Notes: a model not told the origin generated them from the letters alone. Counted from the stretch's first letter, positions 31,215 through 41,424 are shown. The stretch: 64,000 bases of DNA from an uncultured Candidatus Binatia bacterium (GCA_965214605.1 OZ243961.1:3072001-3136000); one strand, 5' to 3'. Numbers and translations are program-made.

Positions 31215-33095
31215 ATGCACGAGGCTCTGAGCGTCCCGCTTCCGTACCTGCGTTTTATTATCCTGTTACCCCTGTTGGGGGTGGTGTTTCATGTGTTTTA
31301 CGGCGCGCGGCTGGGCCGTCAGGCGGTCAGCGCCATTGGGCCGGGCGTGGTGTTGGCCTCGTTTCTGCTGGCCGTGTCGGCTTTTTTTCAGCTGCCCGAT
31401 GGGGGCGCGCTGGTCGATCGTATTTTTCCGTGGATTACGGCCGGGGAGTTGCACGTCGACTTTGCCCTGCGGGTTGATAGCCTGTCGGCGGTGATGATTC
31501 TGGTCATCACCGGGGTCGGCTTTTTGATTCACGTCTATTCGATCGGCTATATGGCCGAGGATGCGGACGTCGCCCGCTATTTTGCCTATCTCAACCTGTT
31601 CACCGCCGCCATGCTGGTGCTGGTGATGGCCGAAAACCTGTTGCTGCTGTTTGTCGGCTGGGAGGGGGTGGGGCTGTGTTCGTATCTGTTGATCGGCTTC
31701 TGGTATACCGACGACGAGAAGGCGAGTGCCGGCAAGAAGGCGTTTATTGTCAATCGGATTGGGGATGCGGGCTTTCTGCTTGGCCTGTTTTTGCTGTTTT
31801 GGAGTTTGGGGGAGCACGGCGTATGGACCCTGTCGTTTACCGACATTCAGGCCAATGCCACAGTGCTGTCGGTCGGCACGGTGACCGCGGTATGCGTGCT
31901 GTTGTTTATCGGTGCGACCGGAAAATCGGCCCAGATTCCGCTCTATGTGTGGCTGCCGGACGCCATGGCGGGCCCGACGCCGGTGAGTGCTCTGATCCAT
32001 GCCGCCACAATGGTCACGGCCGGGATTTACCTGATCGCCCGCCTCCACTTCCTGTACGCGGTGTCGCCCACCGCACTGGCCTTGGTGGCCTATATCGGGG
32101 CGGGCACGGCCCTGTTTGCGGCTACGATTGCGCTGGTCCAAACCGATATTAAAAAGGTGCTGGCCTATTCGACCGTGAGTCAGCTGGGCTATATGTTCCT
32201 GGGCGTGGGCGTGGGGGCGTATGGGGCGGCGGTGTTTCACCTGATGACCCACGCCTTCTTTAAAGCCCTCCTCTTTCTGGGTGCCGGCAGTGTTATCCAC
32301 GGCATGAGCGATGAGCAGGACATCGCGAAGATGGGCGGGCTGCGCAACACCATGCCGACCACATATTGGACGTTTGCGGTCGGCTGTCTGGCTATTGCCG
32401 GCGTGCCCCTGCTGTCTGGATTCTTTAGTAAAGATCTAATCCTGGAGGAAGCCTACGCCGCCCCGCACGGTTCAGCCGTGCTGTGGCTGCTTGGCACGCT
32501 AGGGGCCGGTCTGACCGCTTTTTATATGTTCCGACTGTTGTTTGTGACCTTCTGGGGCGAGACTCGGGCGGACCGCGCGGTGGCCGACCACATCCATGAG
32601 TCGCCCTCGGTGATGACCACCCCGCTGATTGTGCTGGCCGTACTGTCGGTCATTGGCGGCTACTTCTCGGTGCCCCATTTCTTACAAGCGGTGTTCGAGC
32701 AGTCCCACCCTGCACACGTGTCGTTTGTGATTCGCTATGTCCCAACGCTCGTCGGTCTGGGCGGCATTTGGCTGGCCTATGTCTTGTATGTGCGCGATCC
32801 GGACCGGGTTGCACGGCTGAGCCGGCAGCTCGCCGGGCTGCACGCGTTGCTGCTGAACAAATACTATATTGACGAAATCTATCAGGCCGTCTTTGTGCGG
32901 CCAACGCTCGCCGCCTCGCAGTGGCTGTGGCAGGTGTGGGACACGCGGGTCATTGACCGGGCGGTGAACGGCACGGCCGAAACGACCGATGCCAGCGGTT
33001 CGACGCTGCGCCTATGGCAGACCGGCAATGTCCAAAACTACGCCCTCTCGTTTCTGGCCGGAGCTCTGCTCATTCTGGGGTATTATCTATGGTAA
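31215..33095 (+). CDS. nuoL: NADH-quinone oxidoreductase subunit L
   Basis: GWEGVGLCSYLLIGFW, AFIVNRIGD, GKSAQIPLYVWLPDAMAGPTPVSALIHAATMVTAG. Confidence 0.97.
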   Translation: MHEALSVPLPYLRFIILLPLLGVVFHVFYGARLGRQAVSAIGPGVVLASFLLAVSAFFQLPDGGALVDRIFPWITAGELHVDFALRVDSLSAVMILVITGVGFLIHVYSIGYMAEDADVARYFAYLNLFTAAMLVLVMAENLLLLFVGWEGVGLCSYLLIGFWYTDDEKASAGKKAFIVNRIGDAGFLLGLFLLFWSLGEHGVWTLSFTDIQANATVLSVGTVTAVCVLLFIGATGKSAQIPLYVWLPDAMAGPTPVSALIHAATMVTAGIYLIARLHFLYAVSPTALALVAYIGAGTALFAATIALVQTDIKKVLAYSTVSQLGYMFLGVGVGAYGAAVFHLMTHAFFKALLFLGAGSVIHGMSDEQDIAKMGGLRNTMPTTYWTFAVGCLAIAGVPLLSGFFSKDLILEEAYAAPHGSAVLWLLGTLGAGLTAFYMFRLLFVTFWGETRADRAVADHIHESPSVMTTPLIVLAVLSVIGGYFSVPHFLQAVFEQSHPAHVSFVIRYVPTLVGLGGIWLAYVLYVRDPDRVARLSRQLAGLHALLLNKYYIDEIYQAVFVRPTLAASQWLWQVWDTRVIDRAVNGTAETTDASGSTLRLWQTGNVQNYALSFLAGALLILGYYLW

Positions 33096-34624
33096 GCACG
33101 CTTGTCTTTCTGCCCTTGTTGGGCGCCCTGTACGTGCTCTTTGTGCCCAAGGAGCAGGAGGTCAAGATTCGCTACGCGGCCCTGGCCACCGCGCTGCTGA
33201 CCTTTGTTGTCTCGCTGGGCGTGTTGGCCGGTTTTGATAGCAAGACGGCCGACTTCCAGTTTGTCGAGCAATACGTCTGGATTGAGGATTTTGGCATTCA
33301 GTACTATATCGGTGTGGACGGAATCAGTCTGTTTCTGGTGCTGCTGACCAGCTTTCTGACTCCGCTGGTACTGCTGGCCAGCTGGGGCGAGGTGCACAGC
33401 CGGGTCAAGGAGTACCAGTTCTTTTTTCTGGTTTTAGAGACCGGCATGCTGGGCACCTTTGTGGCCATTGACCTCTTCCTGTTCTACGTGTTCTGGGAGG
33501 TCATGCTGATCCCGATGTATTTCCTGATCGGCATTTGGGGCGGGCCACGCCGTATTTATGCCGCCCTGAAATTTTTGCTGTATACCATGGTCGGGAGCCT
33601 GCTGATGCTGGTCGCCATCCTGTATTTGGCCTACCTGCACGATAGCCAGCAGCAGGTCGTGACCTTTGATCTCCTGCGGTTGTACCAGCTGGCGATTCCC
33701 CTGGAGACCCAGCGCTGGTTGTTTGCGGCCTTTGCCCTGTCGTTTGCGATTAAGGTGCCGCTGTTTCCGTTTCATACCTGGCTGCCCGACGCGCACGTTG
33801 AGGCACCGACCGGCGGCTCGGTTATTCTGGCCGGGGTACTGCTGAAAATGGGCACCTATGGTTTTGTCCGCTTTGCCCTGCCGCTCTTCCCCGCCGCCGC
33901 CATAGAGGCGGCCCCGCTGATCATGGCCCTGGCGGTGGTCGGTATTATCTACGGCGCTTTGGTGGCCATGGTCCAGCCGGATCTGAAGAAACTGGTCGCC
34001 TATTCCTCGGTCAGTCACCTGGGTTTTGTGATCCTGGGTCTCTTTGCCTTCAATGTGCAGGGCACCGAGGGCGCCATCTATCAGATGCTCAACCACGGCC
34101 TGTCTACCGGCGCCCTGTTTTTGCTGGTCGGTGTTATCTATGAGCAGCGCCATACGCGGCTGATCAGCGAGTATGGGGGGTTGTGGAAACAGGTGCCGGT
34201 GTACGCCTCGGTCTTTCTGTGCGTGATGCTGTCCTCAATTGGCCTGCCCGGCCTGAATGGCTTTGTGGGAGAGTTTCTTATTCTGCTCGGGGTGTTTAAA
34301 GCGAGTCCGCTGGCCGGCGTGCTCGCCGTTTCTGGAGTCGTGCTGGGGGCGGTGTACATGCTGTGGATGTTTCAACGCGTTATGTTTGGACCGGTCAAGG
34401 TCGAGGCCAACAGCGGTTTGCGGGACCTCAACCGCCGCCATATGTTGATCTTTGCGCCGATGCTGGCCCTGATGCTTTTTATGGGGCTGTATCCGCGGCC
34501 GTTCCTGACCCGCATGGAAAAGTCGGTTGAGGCGACCCTGGCCCGGATGGACCGGGTCTCAACCCAGACCGCGGCCGCGAGCAGTGGGCAGCAGCGAGAA
34601 GTGGGAAGTGTGCAATGGAGATGA
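33089..34624 (+). CDS. nuoM: NADH-quinone oxidoreductase subunit M
   Basis: FYVFWEVMLIPMYFLIGIWG, PFHTWLPDAHVEAPT, LLKMGTYG; start overlaps the nuoL stop. Confidence 0.96.
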   Translation: MVSTLVFLPLLGALYVLFVPKEQEVKIRYAALATALLTFVVSLGVLAGFDSKTADFQFVEQYVWIEDFGIQYYIGVDGISLFLVLLTSFLTPLVLLASWGEVHSRVKEYQFFFLVLETGMLGTFVAIDLFLFYVFWEVMLIPMYFLIGIWGGPRRIYAALKFLLYTMVGSLLMLVAILYLAYLHDSQQQVVTFDLLRLYQLAIPLETQRWLFAAFALSFAIKVPLFPFHTWLPDAHVEAPTGGSVILAGVLLKMGTYGFVRFALPLFPAAAIEAAPLIMALAVVGIIYGALVAMVQPDLKKLVAYSSVSHLGFVILGLFAFNVQGTEGAIYQMLNHGLSTGALFLLVGVIYEQRHTRLISEYGGLWKQVPVYASVFLCVMLSSIGLPGLNGFVGEFLILLGVFKASPLAGVLAVSGVVLGAVYMLWMFQRVMFGPVKVEANSGLRDLNRRHMLIFAPMLALMLFMGLYPRPFLTRMEKSVEATLARMDRVSTQTAAASSGQQREVGSVQWR

Positions 34625-36060
34625 TCGCCCTTCCACAGATCAATTGGCTGGCCGTCCTGCCGTCTGGGCTGCTCGTCCTGACCGGACTGCTCGTCCTTTT
34701 CTGGGACCTCTGGATTCAGGATGCAGACCGCCCCCAGCTCGCCTGGCTGGCCGTCAGCGGCTTTGTGGCAACCGGCGCGGTGTCTTTTATGCTGTGGGGA
34801 GGCGCGGATGCGTCCGGTCCCTTAGCCCTGGATTCCTACGCGCTGTTTTTTAACGTGATCTTTTGTCTGGCCGGGGCGCTGACCGTGCTGATGTCGGACA
34901 GCTATCTGGACATGACGAAAATCCGCCAGGGGGAGTATTACGCTCTGCTGCTGTTTGCCGCGGTCGGCATGGTCCTGATGGCCGCGGCGACCGACCTCAT
35001 TACGATCTTTCTGGGTCTCGAAACCATGTCGGTTGCGGTCTATGTGCTGGCCGGGATTTGGCATCAGCGTTTGGCGTCGAATGAGGCGGCACTCAAATAC
35101 TTTCTGCTCGGCGCGTTCGCCAGCGGTTTTCTGTTGTATGGGATGGCTCTGATTTACGGGGCGACGGGCAGTCTGCAGTTAGCCGTGATTGCCGAGCAGG
35201 TTGCGGCCCAGGGGTCCTCGACCCTGCTCGTTGTCGGCATGGGGCTGCTCCTGGTCGGCTTTGGCTTTAAGGTTGCCGCCGCTCCCTTCCACGTCTGGAC
35301 TCCTGACGTGTATGAGGGCTCGCCAACCACGATTACCGCATTTATGGCGGTCGGGGTGAAGGCCGCGGCCTTTGCCGCTTTTGCCCGTGTCTTTTTACAT
35401 ACGCTCGACGCGGTCCACACCGAGTGGCAGGGCGTGGTGTGGGTGATTGCCGCGCTGACGATGACGGTCGGCAATCTAACAGCCCTGCCTCAGACCAATA
35501 TTAAGCGTATGCTGGCCTATTCGAGTGTGGCGCACGCTGGCTATGTGTTGATGGCGATGGTGGCTGGCAAAGACCTGGGCGGTGCGGCCCTAATGTATTA
35601 TTTGGTCGCGTACGGCTTTATGAACCTGGGCGCGTTCGGGGTGGTGGTGAGCCTCAATCGTCAGGGACAGCCTAACGAAGAGCTGAACGATTATGCCGGT
35701 CTGGGCTTTCGCTATCCGGCCCTGGGCATGGCCATGGCGATCTTTATGCTGTCGCTCACCGGCGTTCCACCGCTGGTCGGCTTTACCGGTAAGTTCTACG
35801 TCTTCAGCGCCGCGGTCGAGGCTGGGTATATCGGTCTGGCGATCATTGGCGTGCTCAACAGCGCGGTTTCAGCCTACTACTACGTCCGGGTGATCGTCAC
35901 CATGTATATGCAGGAGGATGAAAAAGCTTTGGAGATTGCCGCGCTGCGCCCCACCCTGAGCCTAGCGATCATCATTGCCGCAGCCGGCACGGTCCTCCTC
36001 GGCGTCTTTCCCTCGGCCTCGATTTCAATCGCACGCGAGTCGTTTTTGTCCCTGGGCTAA
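34615..36060 (+). CDS. nuoN: NADH-quinone oxidoreductase subunit N
   Basis: EAALKYFLLG, FKVAAAPFHVWTPDVYEGSPT, KRMLAYSSVAHAGY. Confidence 0.96.
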   Translation: MEMIALPQINWLAVLPSGLLVLTGLLVLFWDLWIQDADRPQLAWLAVSGFVATGAVSFMLWGGADASGPLALDSYALFFNVIFCLAGALTVLMSDSYLDMTKIRQGEYYALLLFAAVGMVLMAAATDLITIFLGLETMSVAVYVLAGIWHQRLASNEAALKYFLLGAFASGFLLYGMALIYGATGSLQLAVIAEQVAAQGSSTLLVVGMGLLLVGFGFKVAAAPFHVWTPDVYEGSPTTITAFMAVGVKAAAFAAFARVFLHTLDAVHTEWQGVVWVIAALTMTVGNLTALPQTNIKRMLAYSSVAHAGYVLMAMVAGKDLGGAALMYYLVAYGFMNLGAFGVVVSLNRQGQPNEELNDYAGLGFRYPALGMAMAIFMLSLTGVPPLVGFTGKFYVFSAAVEAGYIGLAIIGVLNSAVSAYYYVRVIVTMYMQEDEKALEIAALRPTLSLAIIIAAAGTVLLGVFPSASISIARESFLSLG

Positions 36061-36188
36061 GCTGGGCCTCAAACGCGGGGTGCCGTGAAGGCTCTTGAGC
36101 AATACCACTGGCCAACTCTTGGAATGTGAGCCGTGCTCAGGGATCCGCTCAGCAGGACAAAGACGCGGGGTCGGCAAGTCGGGGGGGA

Positions 36189-37769
36189 CTAGGGAGTCAC
36201 CTGCCCGTAGCCTAAATACGTTTTGACCTGACCCAAAACAATGTGCGGAATATCTTCTCGGCGCTGGACGGAGAACACCTGGGCGTTTTTCCAGCGGGCG
36301 GTTTCTTTTTTGAATATGGCAGCCGAGTCGGTATCGCCGATATGCACGGCGGTAATCCGGCCGGTCAGCTCTGACAGATAGTCGATGAGGCTCTGCAGAT
36401 TGGGAATCTGCATGTCGGTAATAAAGAAGATATCCGGCATGTCATGCCCGACAAGGCGCAGCAGCTCGTCGAGTTCTTCAAACGAAAAGACCGTGCCTCC
36501 GCCAAAGTAGCGACACAGGGCCTGATAGACCTGCTTGCGTTCGTTGTTAAAGTCGAGCAACAGCTTGTCACCGGCCGGGACGTCACTAAAATTGTAGACC
36601 GCAACCTGGGCACCGGCCCGCAGATAGGCGTCGGCTGCACAGCCCGCGCCAAGAATCGCATGACTGAGCAGGTAGCGCGGATTGGCCATGCTGCCCGAGG
36701 AATCTAGGATGATGATACAGTCCGGCACGCCTTCCCGACGGCCGTAAATCAGACCGTTTTGATACAACCAGGCTTGGGAGAGACCGGGGAAGATCTTGCC
36801 AAAACTCGTCCACACGTCCAGGTCTTGAATCGGTTTCCCCAGCTCCCACGGGGTGTGCATATGCGGGTCTGAGGAACTGCTCCGGTGCAGCGGTGCTTCG
36901 GACACCGGCAGTTGGTACTGCTCGGTCAGCTTCATATAGTAGAGCAGGCCGGTGTCAATCCGCTCGCCGCGCCCCCGCCCCATGCCCTCCTGCTCTTCGG
37001 TGTGCCCCTGGGCCACCAACTCCTCGTCGAAATCGGCAATCGTGGTCCGAAATTCACGCGGATTGTCCACGTGGAGAGCAAAGGCTCGCAGGCCACGTTC
37101 GACCTCGTTGTGTGAATGATTTGACAGGCCGTGGCGGCCGAGCAGGGCGGTTGGCAAAATCTCTGAGTGTCGGCGCTCTTCGTCAAGGACCGGATGGATC
37201 AGACGGCAGAAACGCCGCACGCTCTCTTCCCAACGCCGGCGGTCGAGGTAGGGAATCCGCGCCAGGCGCCGTAACAACGGCTCGGGCCCGCTGGCCTCGA
37301 GATCCATGTCCCAGATCACGCTGTATAAGGCGGTCATCAGCCGGTCGAGGGGGCGAGCGCTGAGGTGCTGCAGGTGACGATAGAGCTGTGGCAGAGCGGT
37401 TTCAAAGTCTTTGACACAGTGGGTGTTGACCACTACGTCGATAAAAATATCGGTTGCCCGCTGGGCGTAGTCTCGGCGGCCAAGTTCGCTTTTGGCGGCC
37501 GCGTAGAGCCGTAGATAGGTGGCAAAGTCCCACGGGCAGCGGGTGTAGTGGGCAATGCCGTGGTCGAGCAGGGCTTCGACCACATCCTCAACCGGCAGGT
37601 ACTCGGCGAGCTGCTGACAAAAGCTGGGATTGAGAATAATCTGCCGCTGCTGGATTTCCACCGCTTCCTGGCTGAGCCCGTCGGTGATGTGCGGCTGGGG
37701 CAACTCGGGAAAAAAATGTTTGCGTCGGGCACGTGGCCAGACCTCGGTGAGCACCGTTTGGAGATTCAT
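36189..37769 (-). CDS. vWA-domain protein with N-terminal degenerate zincin-like (HGxxH) domain
   Basis: C-terminal MIDAS IILDSSGSM, GGGT and FFITDM; N-terminal LLDHGIAHYTRCPWD and DVVVN. Confidence 0.85.
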   Translation of the reverse strand: MNLQTVLTEVWPRARRKHFFPELPQPHITDGLSQEAVEIQQRQIILNPSFCQQLAEYLPVEDVVEALLDHGIAHYTRCPWDFATYLRLYAAAKSELGRRDYAQRATDIFIDVVVNTHCVKDFETALPQLYRHLQHLSARPLDRLMTALYSVIWDMDLEASGPEPLLRRLARIPYLDRRRWEESVRRFCRLIHPVLDEERRHSEILPTALLGRHGLSNHSHNEVERGLRAFALHVDNPREFRTTIADFDEELVAQGHTEEQEGMGRGRGERIDTGLLYYMKLTEQYQLPVSEAPLHRSSSSDPHMHTPWELGKPIQDLDVWTSFGKIFPGLSQAWLYQNGLIYGRREGVPDCIIILDSSGSMANPRYLLSHAILGAGCAADAYLRAGAQVAVYNFSDVPAGDKLLLDFNNERKQVYQALCRYFGGGTVFSFEELDELLRLVGHDMPDIFFITDMQIPNLQSLIDYLSELTGRITAVHIGDTDSAAIFKKETARWKNAQVFSVQRREDIPHIVLGQVKTYLGYGQVTP

Positions 37770-37784
37770 GCGTGGGTGTGCTCC

Positions 37785-38561
37785 TTATGAAGCGGGCGGT
37801 GATATCTTCCCGCCCGGAGGGGGGTCGGCCCCGCCGCTCCTCGCTTGTGGCTCGCTAGGAGCAGGAGCGACGCGCCGCTGGCCTAGATAGACGCTGCCGC
37901 CGCGAACCTGGCCAATGCCTCGGATACGGCCGCTGAGGACGCGGATTTCTCCGCCGACCATACCGTGGCCGACGTCTTCACCGGCGTTGTCAGAGATCGT
38001 GATCGTGCCCTGTCGGAGGTCAAACCCAACGCCATAAAAGGCACTGCCCTGCAGACGGATTTCTCCGCCCGCTAGGGCCATGCCGAGGAAGTCGCCGCAC
38101 AGGCCCTCAATGTTGAGACACTTGCCTGCCGGTAATTGGTAACCCAATAAATGGACCCGCGCTGGCATCCATTGCAAGCGCAACTGCAGCTGGCTGCTGG
38201 TGGTCTGGTTGCACAGAGCCGATAGGTAGAGACCGGATAAGCCCCATAAACTCGGTGACTCGTCCGGCAGCTCATGGGCACGTGTCGGCGTGTGGAACTG
38301 TTCTAGGCTAAAGCAGAAATCCTCAATATCGTCGTGGTCATACGTCAGCCCGGCCACGTGCTGCAGCGCGGCTGTATAGGCTCGGTCAACGAGCTGGCGG
38401 TCTGGGAGCCGATCCCAATCTAGCTCGGTCTGGGCGATGTAGGCCGTGTAGCTGCCTAGGAGCTGTTCGAGAATCGCATCCCGAACGGCAATGATGCGGT
38501 CAAGCGGTAGGGCTCGCTGGCGCGACCGGTAGGTCTGGAACTCGGCAAACGGGTTTACCAT
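37785..38561 (-). CDS. GXGXG (GltB C-terminal/FwdC-like) beta-helix repeat protein
   Basis: Repeats EGLCGDFLGMALAGGEIRLQG, GVGFDLRQGTITISDNAGEDVGHGMVGGEIRV. Confidence 0.75.
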   Translation of the reverse strand: MVNPFAEFQTYRSRQRALPLDRIIAVRDAILEQLLGSYTAYIAQTELDWDRLPDRQLVDRAYTAALQHVAGLTYDHDDIEDFCFSLEQFHTPTRAHELPDESPSLWGLSGLYLSALCNQTTSSQLQLRLQWMPARVHLLGYQLPAGKCLNIEGLCGDFLGMALAGGEIRLQGSAFYGVGFDLRQGTITISDNAGEDVGHGMVGGEIRVLSGRIRGIGQVRGGSVYLGQRRVAPAPSEPQARSGGADPPPGGKISPPAS

Positions 38562-39898
38562 GCTGTCTCAATTCCTAAGTCCCGCTGAATCTCGGCAAAG
38601 ATGGGATGATCCCCCTGGCTCGGCTGCACGTCCTCTCCGGCCAGGATCCGAGCCGCGACCGCCAGCGCTCCCATAATGTCTTCGCGTTGCTCGGCAAACC
38701 GCCGCCAGCTTTCGTCCGTGGCCTGCTTGGCCAGATGGAGGGGGAGCGGGTCACGGCGCGACTCCCGCTCTCGAGCGGCGACATAGGCGTCGCGCCATTG
38801 GGTTCGGTGGGCGAGGACAAAGGGCAGGATCCAGCGCACGTGTTCGGCCCCGACCTGCTCGGCACCCAAAAACCAGACTAGCGCCTGGGCGTAGCGCCGC
38901 AGCGCAATCGGCAGGCGGTTCGAGGCGCAGTTTTGGACCTGGTAACACAGATAGCCGGTATAGTGGCAGCCTTCGGGACACTCTTCGTTTGAGCGTTTTT
39001 GTCCGTATAAACAACAGAACGAAAACTCGGCCAGGGCCGTCCGGGCGAATGCGCTGGCGTCCTGGCTAAAGCCGATGCTGGCAATATCTTGACGCAGGGC
39101 TTGCCGTTGGGTCTTGTCGAAAGTGCTCAGGCCGTGTTGATACGATAGCCACTTCGCAAACCGCTGACAGGCGTCTTCTAGCTGGGCGTCTTGGCTTGTC
39201 GGTGCCTGGCCGCTGCTCAGCACGGCATAGAAGGCCTGCTCTTGTTCGGGATCACGGAGCAGGGCTTCTTTGTGCTCCTGTTGGCCGATGAAAAAAGCCA
39301 GGTTTGCACCGGGATGTTTGGACTCGATCATCACGTCAAAGCGGTCGAGCAGGGGCGGGATCAAGGGGTGGGTCCCGGGGTCCTGATAATTGGCGGTGGC
39401 AAACAGACAGTACTCGTCGTGGAGGAGGAATTGGTTGAGGTACTCCCAGTTGCCACGGTCGACGCCGTCGAGGATGAGGCTCTGTTTGGTTTCGGGCAGG
39501 CGGTTGATTTCGTCAATAATCTTGACCGGCAGTTGGGCAAAATTACTCCACACCACCTGCTCTTCGCCCTGGTTGAGTTTGCCCAGGTTTGGGCGGCCGA
39601 TAATTTTCTCCTCGGTCTGCTCAGGGTGGCCGGCGACCTGGCTGCCCCAGATGACCCCGAGCGGAATGCGGTACAACAGGGACGCGATATATTCGGCTGA
39701 GGTGGTCTTGCCCAGACCCGGCTCGCCAATAATGAGGGCTTTCCCGCCAATCAGCGCGGTCAGCAGGCTCAGCAGCAGGGTCGAATTTAACTTCTCGCCG
39801 TTGAGGTCGAGGTCGGGGCGGTTCAGGTAGAGGTGCTCGCCGATAAAGTCATATACATCACGGACGGCATGTCGGGTCTGCTCACGGGTTTCAGCCAT
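38555..39898 (-). CDS. MoxR-like AAA+ ATPase with Cys-rich insert
   Basis: GEPGLGKT (Walker A), IIDEINRLP (Walker B), FATAN (sensor I), LLDRFD (Arg finger); CC..C...C.H.....C insert. Confidence 0.9.
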   Translation of the reverse strand: MAETREQTRHAVRDVYDFIGEHLYLNRPDLDLNGEKLNSTLLLSLLTALIGGKALIIGEPGLGKTTSAEYIASLLYRIPLGVIWGSQVAGHPEQTEEKIIGRPNLGKLNQGEEQVVWSNFAQLPVKIIDEINRLPETKQSLILDGVDRGNWEYLNQFLLHDEYCLFATANYQDPGTHPLIPPLLDRFDVMIESKHPGANLAFFIGQQEHKEALLRDPEQEQAFYAVLSSGQAPTSQDAQLEDACQRFAKWLSYQHGLSTFDKTQRQALRQDIASIGFSQDASAFARTALAEFSFCCLYGQKRSNEECPEGCHYTGYLCYQVQNCASNRLPIALRRYAQALVWFLGAEQVGAEHVRWILPFVLAHRTQWRDAYVAARERESRRDPLPLHLAKQATDESWRRFAEQREDIMGALAVAARILAGEDVQPSQGDHPIFAEIQRDLGIETAW

Positions 39899-40064
39899 GC
39901 GTTCACTCCCAGCTCTTCACGTGTTGGGACGACCCCGGATGGTCGATCCGAGTCTGCGGTTAGCGTTCAGCGGATTATCCTGTGAAAAGCAGAGGCGTGT
40001 CAACAAAGTGGTTTCGGTCAGGGGGGAGGGGGGTCGTGTTTGACAACATTTTGAGAGGACGGCT

Positions 40065-40655
40065 ATGAAAGGGGAGATGGCTGACGATCCAATCCGCCGC
40101 TTCGGACGCTGGTTTGCCACGGCCACCCGCAAGGGGGACCCACAGCCCGAAGCCATGGCACTCGCAACGGTGAATGAGGCGGGCCTCCCCTCGGTCCGCT
40201 TTGTGTTGCTCAAACACTTTGGGGCAGGCGGCTTTGTGTTTTTTACCGACAGTCGCAGCCGTAAAGGGCGGGAGCTGCACGCCATCCCCCATGCCGCCGC
40301 CACGTTTTATTGGCACCGCCTTGGCAGGCAGGTGCGGCTTGAGGGCCGAATTGAACGGGTAGAGGCGGGCGTTGCCGAGGCATACTGGCAGGTCCGGCCC
40401 CGCGCTAGCCAACTCTCGGCCTCAGCCTCACGCCAGAGTGCGAAGCTGGCCGACCGCGCGCTCTTAGTGACGCGTCGCCAGCAGCTCGCCCGGCAGTACC
40501 GGGGCAGGGCAGTCCCCCGTCCATCAAGCTGGACGGGTTTTCGGCTTATTCCCGACAGTGTGGAATTCTGGACCCACCGTGACAATCGCCTCCACCACCG
40601 GGAACGCTTTGTCCGCACCGAGCAGGGATGGCGGATCGAGCTGCTGTCGCCCTAG
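40065..40655 (+). CDS. pdxH: Pyridoxamine 5'-phosphate oxidase
   Basis: AMALATV, PSVRFVLLK, SRKG.EL, RQVRLEG, RPRASQL, VEFW..RDNRLHHR. Confidence 0.93.
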   Translation: MKGEMADDPIRRFGRWFATATRKGDPQPEAMALATVNEAGLPSVRFVLLKHFGAGGFVFFTDSRSRKGRELHAIPHAAATFYWHRLGRQVRLEGRIERVEAGVAEAYWQVRPRASQLSASASRQSAKLADRALLVTRRQQLARQYRGRAVPRPSSWTGFRLIPDSVEFWTHRDNRLHHRERFVRTEQGWRIELLSP

Positions 40656-40684
40656 GGAGAGGGGACAAGCGCACGCCTGCCTGG

Positions 40685-41335
40685 TCACGCCCTGGTATTG
40701 CCCCACTCGTCCCAGTGAATCACTTCTTCAACCGGCTTGCGGGTGACCGGGCCAAACTTGCCCTGGGGGTAACCCATCGGGATCAGCGCCGCCACTTCCA
40801 TCTCGTCCGGAATATTGAGCTTTTCCTTGAGGTGGTCCTCAAAGAGGCAGTGTATGGTCGTCAGCGTTGCCCCTATGCCAAGGGCACGACAGGCCAATAA
40901 AATATTCTGAACAGCGGGAAAGATGGAGCCGTAAACGACGATCTTACTCGCCCGTTCGTTGCCGAGTGAGGAGATGGGCGGGTAGTGATCGCGGGTACAG
41001 GCCAGCAGCAGGGCCGGCGCTTCGTCTAGGTGGGCGGCCAGATGCGCCGCCGCGTTGAGCATGCGCTGCTGGGGGGGCGGTATATCATCATAGTTGAGCG
41101 TCCCGCTGCCCCGCATCTGCTGCCAGGTATTCCAATAGTAGTCTCGGATAAAGCGTTTGCGCTCTACGTCCTGGACGATAAGAAATGCCCAGTCCTGCAT
41201 ATTGCCGCCACTGGCACACCGAATCCCGGCATCCACAATTTTTTTGAGGGTTGCTTCCGGGATGGGGTCTGGTTTGAGTCTGCGCATGGCGCGGGTGGAG
41301 TACATGATTTCAAAAATTCCAGGTTCATCAGCCAT
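40685..41335 (-). CDS. Nitroreductase family protein
   Basis: STRAMRRLKPDPI, ASGGNMQDW, SIFPAVQNILLACRALGIG, IPMGYP. Confidence 0.9.
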   Translation of the reverse strand: MADEPGIFEIMYSTRAMRRLKPDPIPEATLKKIVDAGIRCASGGNMQDWAFLIVQDVERKRFIRDYYWNTWQQMRGSGTLNYDDIPPPQQRMLNAAAHLAAHLDEAPALLLACTRDHYPPISSLGNERASKIVVYGSIFPAVQNILLACRALGIGATLTTIHCLFEDHLKEKLNIPDEMEVAALIPMGYPQGKFGPVTRKPVEEVIHWDEWGNTRA

Positions 41336-41424
41336 GAGTGTTTCCTCCTTAACTTGGCGAGTCTTAGCCTTACTCTATAGCTGTCCCGAGCCGAACTGAA
41401 CAGCAGAGAGGGTGAGGGTGGCTT

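Noticed and set aside
29844-35474. Long minus-strand ORFs across nuoH-N (e.g. 31266-32300, 33434-34153)
   Set aside because: Antisense shadows typical of GC-rich membrane-protein genes.
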